A DNA stretch of 64,000 nt, from assembly GCA_964360255.1 (NCBI GenBank), contig CAYHVK010000006.1:56191-120190 (forward strand), in the 5' to 3' direction. Positions 47,866 through 56,435 of this stretch are shown here, one piece after another. The translations under genes were made by a program, and so were the position numbers. The notes below the pieces were generated by a model. That model had not been told where the DNA came from, did no database searches, and saw only the letters and a program-made list of their open reading frames with translations. Position 1 is the first letter of the stretch. Each line of letters begins with the position of its first letter. This DNA comes from an uncultured Pseudobdellovibrionaceae bacterium (lineage in GTDB: Bacteria > Bdellovibrionota > Bdellovibrionia > Bdellovibrionales > UBA1609).

Positions 47866-48108
47866 GTGTTATTAACAATCGAGATAGCAAATCCTAAAGA
47901 ATTAAATCAGGGCATGGCTGAAATTGAGATTTATTGTGATTCAGAAGGTCTTGATTCCTTAATCAAGCAGCTTAATTTTCTCAAAAATAATAATGAATCT
48001 CATGTTCATTTGATGACGAAGAGTTGGGCTGGCACTGAGCTTAGTGAAAAGGTTCAAGGTAAGGGCAATTTGCTTATACACAAAATGACTATTGCAAAGC
48101 CTAAATAG
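47866..48108 (+). CDS. putative cognate immunity protein (small, acidic; Imm32-like by recollection only)
   Basis: GTG start 1 nt after the RHS stop. 80 aa. Pattern EIEIYCDSEGLDSLIKQL...SHVHLMTKSWAGTELSE. Confidence 0.5.
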   Translation: MLLTIEIANPKELNQGMAEIEIYCDSEGLDSLIKQLNFLKNNNESHVHLMTKSWAGTELSEKVQGKGNLLIHKMTIAKPK

Positions 48109-48458
48109 TCAGATCGTGCCTAAAGCGTGCCATAAAAATTCAGAAAATTCGGAAAATTTTGGACAAAAACAGCTATCGGGTCTTTGTACATGAGCAAAAA
48201 AGCACTGCAAGCTGCGGTGCTGATTTATGCATAAAGACCATATATTTATGAAACATTTTTTAAATCAAAGCCCTTGCTGCTTGCACCTAACGGTGTTGAT
48301 GACTCTAATTAATGAGATCTAAATCGTACGAAGTGGCTTACCGCTATGCCAACTTTACCCCAATCCCATTATGATCCGATTCTCAAAATGGGCTTTGATC
48401 AAAATCAAGGCCTAACCTTTTCCATCAGACTTTAGCCTCAAAGAGCCGAAGAGTAGTT

Positions 48459-48944
48459 ATGGAACGTAATTTCTTAGGCATCTTACGCGCACAGCGCTGT
48501 GCAAACGAGCGAGGTTTCTCGCTTATCGAAGCGCTTATAGGAGTTGGGATGCTTGGGAGTTTGATCACTGGGGCGATGTTCATCAGTGGTCATACATCTG
48601 GTTCTATCCAGCAGCGTGATCGAGCTATCGACGCGGCTATCATTCTACAAAATATAAGCGAGACTTTGCTTTTTACTTCCAATGCTGGTGATGGCACTTT
48701 GGCTGCGGGCGAACATAGCAAAACTTACGCAAGCAACGGGCAAGAAAGCGCAGACGGCTACTTCAAAGCGGACTGGACAATCACTCCGAACCAACCAGTC
48801 AATAATGTCATGCGAATTAATATTACTTTAAGTTGGACCGCTGTAGGTCTTGATCGATCTTCACATCTAACTTTATATCGTAGTATGGTTTTAAAAACGC
48901 GCACACTCGGTGACGAACGAGTTTATGTAGGGCCACCGCCATGA
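48459..48944 (+). CDS. prepilin-type minor pilin (PilV/GspI-like)
   Basis: Class III signal ...ANERG|FSLIEALIGVGMLGSLI with Glu at +5. Confidence 0.75.
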   Translation: MERNFLGILRAQRCANERGFSLIEALIGVGMLGSLITGAMFISGHTSGSIQQRDRAIDAAIILQNISETLLFTSNAGDGTLAAGEHSKTYASNGQESADGYFKADWTITPNQPVNNVMRINITLSWTAVGLDRSSHLTLYRSMVLKTRTLGDERVYVGPPP

Positions 48945-49942
48945 AAATAAGCAATCAGCTTGGCCTCACTCTCGGCGAACTTATTTTAGCCATGGGCATT
49001 AGCTCAATAACAATAATGGTGGCGTCTACCTTCAGCGTTAGCACCTTTCGTTCGCTGCGCACAGCAGGGCAGAGGGTCGATGTGGGAATCGACTTACTCA
49101 TGATCAATAATTTTTTTGCTGGCAAGATACCTAGTAGTGGCGGACCTAACCTTCCGTTCGGCTCTTTCATCATGATTGAAGATGATTGCAAATCTCGCCC
49201 TGGCGGCTTTCCGGATTGTGATAATTCTGATCGACTCAGTCTTGTCGAGCAAGATGGAGCGCCGACGTGCTCAGTGATCGCTTCACAACTCAATATATTA
49301 AATCTTGAGAGACCTACACCTAATACATGCTGTCTTGACGGGCGCGACCACTTGAACCGTCACATCGTGCTGACGAACGGTGCGAACTTTGCGCAGCTTT
49401 TTATAACTCGTGTGAATATCGGTGCATGCGCCATTGAAGTCGCGGCGGGCCCGCTTGCGGGTAATGATAATTTGCCACAGCCTTGGGTGAATTTACCGGC
49501 TAATTTCTGGGTCGGAGCCCAACCTGTGCTCGTTCATATCGACACGTATTGGCTCGACCGCGAAGCTTATATCTTGTCCCGTTTTCATTACACCGGTGCT
49601 GATCGCAGGGGCGGTGAGAACTTTCAAATCATTGACCGTGTTTACGATTTTCAGGTCGCCGCAGGTTACGACTTTAAACCGGCCGACGGCACTTTGACCG
49701 ACACCGGCGATGATAATGATGAGTGGCTTTACAATGCACCGAACACGGCTGAAGTTTTTAATGATGTGCCACAGAGCTTGATCCGCATGATCAGCATTGG
49801 GCTTTTGTTGGGGGCTCCGGCCCCAGATACCAACAGCGTCAGCAATACTTTATTAAACGGACCTCGTCGTGAAATTCCGAAAACGGCAGTGCGTGGACGA
49901 GCGACAAAATTTGCACTACGAAGCACGGCGGTATTTCAGTGA
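48941..49942 (+). CDS. prepilin-type minor pilin (PilW/GspJ-like)
   Basis: MKISNQLG|LTLGELILAMGISSITIMV with Glu at +5. ATGA overlap with the upstream gene. Confidence 0.7.
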   Translation: MKISNQLGLTLGELILAMGISSITIMVASTFSVSTFRSLRTAGQRVDVGIDLLMINNFFAGKIPSSGGPNLPFGSFIMIEDDCKSRPGGFPDCDNSDRLSLVEQDGAPTCSVIASQLNILNLERPTPNTCCLDGRDHLNRHIVLTNGANFAQLFITRVNIGACAIEVAAGPLAGNDNLPQPWVNLPANFWVGAQPVLVHIDTYWLDREAYILSRFHYTGADRRGGENFQIIDRVYDFQVAAGYDFKPADGTLTDTGDDNDEWLYNAPNTAEVFNDVPQSLIRMISIGLLLGAPAPDTNSVSNTLLNGPRREIPKTAVRGRATKFALRSTAVFQ

Positions 49943-52452
49943 GAAGTATAATTCAGCCTCTATCTAATTCTAGCGGTAGTTCTATAGTTATCATACTCGG
50001 ACTTCTAGCTTCATTCGCACTTGGAATAATGGCTTTTAATGACTCGTTCAACACCGGCCATGCGTCACTCATATTTTTGCAAAAACAGAAAGAAGCTTAT
50101 TACGCCGCTGAGGGTACACGAGCAGTTTCGCTCGCATTAACTGGTGATTATCTCGGTACAGATGATACGCCGACCGCTGCCGAGTTGACGGACTATTTAA
50201 AACTAAAACTTGCACCAACACTGCCACCGAAATATAAAATCGTAAACGTACAAGCCGAGATTGCAAAAGAAGAGGAAGTCATAGAAATCCCTTCGGGTCC
50301 GTATAAAGGTTTTTTGGCGCCGCAATCAAAAGTTCATATTTCTTATGAAGTGAAAACAGCTGACGATTATCAAGGCGGACGTACTTCGACTTTTATTGAC
50401 TCCACTTCAATCATTGCCCAAGTGGGCGTTTTTCAGTTTATGATTTTCGCAGACAGTACTGACACACGGTTCGTGCCCGGCCCGGCCATGACCATCAATG
50501 GACGTTTTCACACCAATGGCAACGTTTGTTTCGGCAACGCGAATGCAACGTTAGCGCTTCACAGTGTGAGCGCTTCAGGTTCTGTGCGCTACGCAAAACT
50601 TTGCAACCCTAACGAAACTGCGACTAAAAATGTCGCTGTGGCCACCGATGGTACGATGACTAACTTTGCGCCCCTTCGTATGGACAACAGTCATGGCTGT
50701 ACGAATTGTGCAGGCAGCGGTATGGATTGGGCTGAATACGCCCTTGCCACTTGGCATGGCCGTCTGACCGATTCTGCTCACGGAGTACAACCGCTCAACT
50801 TGCCTCTGCCAGATGAGTCGACGGCACAACTCGGTGTTGATGGTACAGATAGTATGTGGGCCCGAGTGAACGATCGCAATCTGCGCTTCATTGTCGATCA
50901 TAAGTTGCCAGACGAATCCGAAGCCGTTTCTAAAATGAAATTCTCAGTGCAGGCCGATATTCGTATCATCGATGGAGTTTGGTATATAAAAGATCCAGAA
51001 AATGATTTGAATTGGCCAGGCTTACCGATTTGGTCAGACCATCCGGGAACTCATTCAGCTTACGGGTTGGACGTGGGTCAACGCGAACTTCGCGGGCGCT
51101 GGAACGGTATTAATACTTGGCCAGTGGGTAGCACACCGCGGGCGTATTCTTATTATGAATTTAATTCGGCCACTGAAAGTATTAACGACGATGGTAGCGG
51201 TGTTATTTCTTACGGAACAGTTCACCGTCAAGCGGGCGGGCCTTTTCCAGAATGGAAGCCAGGTTTCTGGCTGGCCGGACCAGGTGCGACTTCGAACAAT
51301 CTCTGTCGCGACAATCCACTGGCACCAGCTTTCCCGCTGACATTGGCGGGTGGTGGGCCGGTCGGTAATACGATTTATCGGTTCAATACGGCTTTGGATT
51401 GCGGTGGAGCGGTCGCTAATCCGACATCGGCCACATTGCTCTTGAATGCAACACGATCAGGTTTTCGTGAGCTGAGTTACCAACATTTCTTTCAAGCTTC
51501 AGATCGTCAGGAGCGGGCTCGGGTTCTACCGATGAATTTCGATGCGAAAGCTTTCGAGCAAGCTTTAGCAAATAAAAACCCAGGTGAACTCGGCTCCTAT
51601 TTTGGTGCCGGAAGTTTCTTGGGCCGCGAATTCAATGGGATTCTTTACATGTCTAACAGCTGGCCGGGTTCAGATGAGGGGTATTCTCCACGCGGAATTC
51701 CTCGGCTCTTTCCGGTGCAAGGGCAAAATGAAAATCGAATGGGTGGTACAGTTTTATCGGTTCCGGTCACTTCACCCAATCAGCAGCGCGCATTGCCTCG
51801 CCAATTATGTTCAGATGACAGCGGTATGTTACCGGGGGACGCTGGTCGACGCTTCGACGGTACGGATCGCTTTCAGGTTCCACATTGCTCAGAGTACAAT
51901 AATGGGGCGAACTCTTTGGCTTACACAAACGTGATTCGAATTATGAATGGCGCGAATCTTCAACCGAGCGCGTTTCCGAAAGGTTTGAGTTTAGTTTCTA
52001 ACAATTCAGCGTACGTACTTGGCAGTTACAATATGAATTCTGATACTTCAAGCATCGACGCCACACCATGGATGGCGTCTTTGATCGCGGCCGACAACGT
52101 GACCGCAATGTCGAACGGTTGGTCAGATCATCAGAATAATTGGAGTGTTGTGAATGTGCCGTCACCCGCCGAAAGTACTGTTTACAACTCGGCGTTTTTA
52201 ACGTCGCAAACCGAAGGCTATGGTTTGCCGTACATAGAAGACTGGCGCGACTTATCTTGTCGTATGACCGGTTCGTTCGTAATGGGGTACAGCTCGGTCT
52301 ACCATCGTTCATTCACGCAGTTCGATGTGAGAGTCTACTGGCCGCCAGATCGCCTTTTACTCTTTGATCCGCACTTTCGTCGTCCAGCTAACCAACCGCC
52401 GGGCGCGCCCACGTTTTTCGTCACATCCGTCATCGACTGGAGAGCCAACTAG
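49939..52452 (+). CDS. large PilX_N-anchored pilus-associated protein (PilX/ComZ/GspK-position; candidate tip protein)
   Basis: N-terminus GSSIVIILGLLASFALGIMAF...QKEAYYAAEGTRAV (PilX N-terminal pattern, no Glu+5). 837 aa. Beta-rich region with INGRFHTNGNVCFGN. Overlaps both neighbours. Confidence 0.55.
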   Translation: MRSIIQPLSNSSGSSIVIILGLLASFALGIMAFNDSFNTGHASLIFLQKQKEAYYAAEGTRAVSLALTGDYLGTDDTPTAAELTDYLKLKLAPTLPPKYKIVNVQAEIAKEEEVIEIPSGPYKGFLAPQSKVHISYEVKTADDYQGGRTSTFIDSTSIIAQVGVFQFMIFADSTDTRFVPGPAMTINGRFHTNGNVCFGNANATLALHSVSASGSVRYAKLCNPNETATKNVAVATDGTMTNFAPLRMDNSHGCTNCAGSGMDWAEYALATWHGRLTDSAHGVQPLNLPLPDESTAQLGVDGTDSMWARVNDRNLRFIVDHKLPDESEAVSKMKFSVQADIRIIDGVWYIKDPENDLNWPGLPIWSDHPGTHSAYGLDVGQRELRGRWNGINTWPVGSTPRAYSYYEFNSATESINDDGSGVISYGTVHRQAGGPFPEWKPGFWLAGPGATSNNLCRDNPLAPAFPLTLAGGGPVGNTIYRFNTALDCGGAVANPTSATLLLNATRSGFRELSYQHFFQASDRQERARVLPMNFDAKAFEQALANKNPGELGSYFGAGSFLGREFNGILYMSNSWPGSDEGYSPRGIPRLFPVQGQNENRMGGTVLSVPVTSPNQQRALPRQLCSDDSGMLPGDAGRRFDGTDRFQVPHCSEYNNGANSLAYTNVIRIMNGANLQPSAFPKGLSLVSNNSAYVLGSYNMNSDTSSIDATPWMASLIAADNVTAMSNGWSDHQNNWSVVNVPSPAESTVYNSAFLTSQTEGYGLPYIEDWRDLSCRMTGSFVMGYSSVYHRSFTQFDVRVYWPPDRLLLFDPHFRRPANQPPGAPTFFVTSVIDWRAN

Positions 52453-52454
52453 AT

Positions 52455-52856
52455 ATGGAAAACCCTACACCTTTTCGCCAGCGTCGGCGCATCTTGCTTA
52501 TCGATCATAAACCGCAGCTTTCACTTATTTTGTACGCCCTCGCATCTGCCACCGTCTCGGCGATTTTCGTTTTTCAAGCGACGGCTCATTGGTACCGCGC
52601 CCAATGGGAAGGGTTCGAGTATCGACCGTGGTTAGTGGCTGGTACTGGTTTCGCCCTTTTAGTTCTTATCGTACTTTGTGGTTTCTATATTACTAATCGA
52701 TGTTTCGGGCCACTTTTTCAAATGCGTCGACAGATTAAGCTGGCATTGCAAGGAGAGCGGGCCAAGATTCATGTGCGTCGTGGTGATCATTTCGCTCCAT
52801 TGATGGAAGACGTAAACGCGCTATTCGATAAATTGCAAACTCAGGATAAAAAATGA
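52455..52856 (+). CDS. two-TM protein with HAMP-like cytoplasmic helix pair
   Basis: TM1 LSLILYALASATVSAIFVF. TM2 GFALLVLIVLCGFYI. Then NRCFGPLFQMRRQIKLALQGERAKIHVRRGDHFAPLMEDVNALFDKL, which resembles a HAMP domain (P-x-x-x-L ... G ... D-E-x-x-x-L...N-x-M). Confidence 0.45.
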   Translation: MENPTPFRQRRRILLIDHKPQLSLILYALASATVSAIFVFQATAHWYRAQWEGFEYRPWLVAGTGFALLVLIVLCGFYITNRCFGPLFQMRRQIKLALQGERAKIHVRRGDHFAPLMEDVNALFDKLQTQDKK

Positions 52857-53341
52857 TCCGTCAGGTTTCGCAAAAAGGTTTTACGCTTGTAGAAACCATG
52901 ATGGTTGTGGCTATCGTGGCCATCTTAGTCTCTATCGGCGGAGTCTCGATGGTTTCGGGACGTCAGGCTTACCAGTTTGCGAACGAACAGTCGAAGCTCT
53001 ACCAAGTCCTCAGCCGTGCTCGCAATATGGCTATGGGTCGCCGTGAATGTGTGAGGGTTGAAATTGTCAGTAATATTGCGAAAACAGATACTTTCACCGA
53101 TAACTTGTCCAATAGAACCTGCGCGGGTGCAGTGAATCCAACTCATATGGATATCGCCGATGTCCAATTTATGGATAAAACAAATATCGGCCGTTTTCAG
53201 CCCGGCGAACAAACCGTAATTTTTTTCAATGGGAGCGGCGGTTTAGATGCGAGCAACGTTGTTACTATTGGAATCGGTGATGATACCAATTATTCGACTT
53301 TCAAAATATTTCCGGTGCTTGGACAGATTCGCCAACAGTAA
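52853..53341 (+). CDS. prepilin-type minor pilin (GspH/FimT-like)
   Basis: VSQKG|FTLVETMMVVAIVAILVSIG with Glu at +5. GspH-like size (162 aa). Confidence 0.75.
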   Translation: MIRQVSQKGFTLVETMMVVAIVAILVSIGGVSMVSGRQAYQFANEQSKLYQVLSRARNMAMGRRECVRVEIVSNIAKTDTFTDNLSNRTCAGAVNPTHMDIADVQFMDKTNIGRFQPGEQTVIFFNGSGGLDASNVVTIGIGDDTNYSTFKIFPVLGQIRQQ

Positions 53342-53348
53342 AAAACGC

Positions 53349-54533
53349 TCAATCGAAATCTAAAACCACAGCGGTAATATCATCGTCTTGGCTTACACCA
53401 CCAGCCCTTTGATCGGACTTCGTGAACAAAGTATCTAAGAATTGTCGAGGCGAAATTAAATTCTCGTTATGAGTCTGAATTAGCATGTTATTAAACTCAC
53501 GCTCTTTCATCGGCTCGCCATTCGCCATACGGCGCTCGACAAGTCCATCTGTCAAAAGCATCAAGCGCATCCCAGTACTCGGGATAGATCCTTCACCTAC
53601 GATAAATTCTTTGTTTTCAGAACCTAAAGTCGGAGACACGGGTTCGCTAACGAAAATCAATTGATTCCACTTTATATTGGCCAGCTTGCGAGGCAAGGCG
53701 ACTGCTGGTAAATGACTGGCATTGATATAGCGAAGTTTTCGGGTTTCAAAATCAGCTTCAACTAAAAACGCACTCATTAAAAGTTGACCGTTAGCACATT
53801 TATTAATAGCTGTTGTGAGAGTTAGATAAACTTTTTCGATGTTTGCCGTATCATCTTCTTCTATCACCCCGACGGCCGCTCGTGCCGCACTCGTAATTAA
53901 AGCAGCGCCTGCACCATGCCCGGTAGCGTCTGCGATTAATGCAAAGGCTTTTGTTTTTGTGCTCCAGTGCCACCACCAGTCACCACCGCACTCAGTGGCC
54001 GTTTGATAGCGACCCGCAATGTGGAGGCCTTTGTATTGGGCCCAAGCCTGCGGGGGCAATAAATTTTCTTGTACCGAACGAGCCGTTTTAAGTTCGCTCT
54101 GCATACGGGCTTTTTCAGAAGTTTCAGATATGAGACCACGGGCCAGAAATTTCAAAATTAGATTTCCGGTGCGAATTTGATCATCATTTTTAAGTTCACG
54201 CACCGTTTGCGGCGGCAGATTGATTTCATTTACATAAGTGAAATTCGTAGCGCCGAGATCAGTTAAGTAAACTGCATTGTTTTTCATTTCAAACAGGGCG
54301 TGTTGTTTACTAATACTGACTTCGCCAATTGAAATATCGCAGCTGGGTAGTCGACCCAGAACCATGCGCTCTTTTTCTAGGGGATACTGCCGACCAATCA
54401 CATCTTGTGGCCCTGCAATGATGACTAAACAGGCCGGCGCTTTAAATAAAAGATTGTGCTTAATCTTAACGGTTACACTTTGTGTAACAAACGTCTTTTC
54501 AGAAAAATCATCATCGGAATTATTGGCAGACAT
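53349..54533 (-). CDS. FHA domain + PP2C/SpoIIE-type Ser/Thr phosphatase
   Basis: FHA: MVLGRLPSCDISIGEVSISKQHALFEMKNNAVYLTDLGATNFTYVN. PP2C/SpoIIE: GGDWWWH, ADATGHGAGAAL, LLTDGLVE, DDDITAVVLDF. Confidence 0.85.
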   Translation of the reverse strand: MSANNSDDDFSEKTFVTQSVTVKIKHNLLFKAPACLVIIAGPQDVIGRQYPLEKERMVLGRLPSCDISIGEVSISKQHALFEMKNNAVYLTDLGATNFTYVNEINLPPQTVRELKNDDQIRTGNLILKFLARGLISETSEKARMQSELKTARSVQENLLPPQAWAQYKGLHIAGRYQTATECGGDWWWHWSTKTKAFALIADATGHGAGAALITSAARAAVGVIEEDDTANIEKVYLTLTTAINKCANGQLLMSAFLVEADFETRKLRYINASHLPAVALPRKLANIKWNQLIFVSEPVSPTLGSENKEFIVGEGSIPSTGMRLMLLTDGLVERRMANGEPMKEREFNNMLIQTHNENLISPRQFLDTLFTKSDQRAGGVSQDDDITAVVLDFD

Positions 54534-54613
54534 AGCATAATGTTAGAGAAGGCCGAGAGGGGGGACAAGCCACATCGATGTGACTCGACTCTAGTAGGGC
54601 CTTGGGGCAGTAC

Positions 54614-55330
54614 CTAGCGCTCAAACCGCCCCTTAATTACCCTCAAGCTCGTCGGCACGTCTTCTCGGCGCGAGTGGACAGTGTCCATAAAGATAATATT
54701 CACTTTCAAATTCGATTTTAAAACTTTATTAATAATCACCGGCTCATTTTCAAAAAAATAAACATGGTCATACTCACGAGCAATTTGCCCTAAGATTTGC
54801 ACTTTATAGTCTTCATCTTCAGCGAAGCCTTTGGCGGGCTTCATAAATAGATGTTTCGCTTCATCCTCGAGAGGGAAACCGCAGGCTCCTAGGCTCTCGA
54901 CAGTGCCCTTAAACATGTCGGGGCGATCACGACCTGTCAGATACATCACCGGCACACCGGCCTCACGTATGGCCGCTACGTACTCTACAGCTCCCTCATA
55001 CGGGACATCGTGTTTCAGATACTCATTGCTGAAGAAATGCTGACGCCAGTAGTTGCGTAATTCTTCGAAGAAATCGATTGGAGCTTCAAGGCCAGAGCGG
55101 ATCAGGGATTCTCGGATACCCCAATCACTCGGGAGCACTTGTATCGTTTTGAGGCGTTCTTTATGGGCAGAGTATTTCAGTCCGACATTTACGTCATTAC
55201 TAAAGTCTACCAGAATTTTCTGAGTTCTCGTACTCACATTATACAAAGTCGAATCGAGATCAAAAACTGAGACAGTTTTCTGATTTTTGCGCGTGTATAT
55301 TTCACTTAATATTTGTTTGGCGTTGGGCAT
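54614..55330 (-). CDS. HAD-superfamily hydrolase
   Basis: Motif I VFDLDSTLYN. Motif II LTGR. C-terminal acidic motif FFENE. Confidence 0.7.
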   Translation of the reverse strand: MPNAKQILSEIYTRKNQKTVSVFDLDSTLYNVSTRTQKILVDFSNDVNVGLKYSAHKERLKTIQVLPSDWGIRESLIRSGLEAPIDFFEELRNYWRQHFFSNEYLKHDVPYEGAVEYVAAIREAGVPVMYLTGRDRPDMFKGTVESLGACGFPLEDEAKHLFMKPAKGFAEDEDYKVQILGQIAREYDHVYFFENEPVIINKVLKSNLKVNIIFMDTVHSRREDVPTSLRVIKGRFER

Positions 55331-55544
55331 TCGAATCTTTCAAAAATTGTAAAATATGTGATCAGTTTTTAGCACATTTCCCTCGAGCGTGTCCAATAGT
55401 GAGAGAATAGAAGTGTAAACCGATTTCCACCTTAAGTCTCGGGTGTTTAGGGCCGATACAAAAGATGAGATAAGTAACTGAATTTTCGAGCTAAAACATA
55501 GTACTGAAAATTCTGACACTAAAAACTTTATCAGAGGTCGCTTC

Positions 55545-56435
55545 ATGCAAAGTCAATTCTATGTTTCACACTCCGGTCATCAAATGGGTCCGTACGCGAT
55601 TGCGGATATTCTTAAGCTCGTGACAGACGGCACTTTGTCTCCGCTTGATTACGTTTATGACGACGCGAAACAGGATTGGATTCTCTTTTTAGATCATCCA
55701 GAACTCACAGATAAAGTGAAAGCTTTGAAACCTAAAGCTCCACCTGCGCCGGCGGCTTCAACGGTTGCGGCCGTGAAACAAGAAGAACATAAAGAAGAAA
55801 AGAAAGCCCACGAACATAAAGTTAAAGAAGCCACGAAGAACCTTAAAGTGCCACCAGAGCTCGCCGAGCTCATGGGCCACGAGTGGTTCGTGCTTAAAGG
55901 TGAGAATCGTTTTGGCCCGTACTCATATATAGACGTAATCAAAATGCTTCAGCAAGGCGTCGTCTTTGAATTCGATTTTGCTTGGTATCAGGGTCTCGAT
56001 GGTTGGAAGCGCATGGCAGAAATGTCAGCCTTTTCTAAAGAGAACATGAAGATCTTAAAAGAAACTGTAATGCCAGAAGTGAGCGAGGCGTTCTTTCGTC
56101 GTCGCTACAAACGCGTTGAGTACGGCGGAACAGTATTAGTGCACGACAATAAATCTGTATGGAGAGGCAAAGGCATTGAGATCAGTGAAGGCGGCGCCGG
56201 TATCATCATGGAGAATTCTATGTGCGTACCTGGTCAGCAACTTTATTTACACTTCAAACCAGGTGATGGCGTTCCGCCCTTCAACGCAATTTGCGAAATC
56301 GTGAGCAAAGGCTTTAGCGACGACGTTAAAGATCCAAAAGCGGCGATTAAATACGGTGTTAAATTTAAAACAGTGAGTCCGGAAGCGCATAAGTTCATCA
56401 CGGACTACACAAAACGAGGAAAACTTGCAGCTTAA
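55545..56435 (+). CDS. tandem GYF_2-like domains + C-terminal PilZ-like domain protein
   Basis: GYF_2-like 1: HQMGPYAIADILKLVTDGTLSPLDYVYDDAKQDWILF. GYF_2-like 2: NRFGPYSYIDVIKMLQQGVVFEFDFAWYQGLDGWKRM. PilZ-like: RRRYKR(V) then IEISEGGAGI (RxxxR ... [D/N/E]xSxxG). Confidence 0.65.
   Translation: MQSQFYVSHSGHQMGPYAIADILKLVTDGTLSPLDYVYDDAKQDWILFLDHPELTDKVKALKPKAPPAPAASTVAAVKQEEHKEEKKAHEHKVKEATKNLKVPPELAELMGHEWFVLKGENRFGPYSYIDVIKMLQQGVVFEFDFAWYQGLDGWKRMAEMSAFSKENMKILKETVMPEVSEAFFRRRYKRVEYGGTVLVHDNKSVWRGKGIEISEGGAGIIMENSMCVPGQQLYLHFKPGDGVPPFNAICEIVSKGFSDDVKDPKAAIKYGVKFKTVSPEAHKFITDYTKRGKLAA

Noticed and set aside
48334-48350. TGGC-N9-TATGC upstream of the pilin operon as a sigma-54 (-24/-12) promoter
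   Set aside because: The GG-to-GC spacing is 13 nt rather than the strict 12 nt, and the -12 element is TATGC rather than TTGC. It is not convincing without experimental 5'-end data.
55340-55546. 68-aa minus-strand ORF in the divergent region upstream of the GYF-PilZ gene
   Set aside because: Its start codon overlaps the ATG of the GYF-PilZ gene and it has no SD. It occupies what should be the shared promoter region and has no features.
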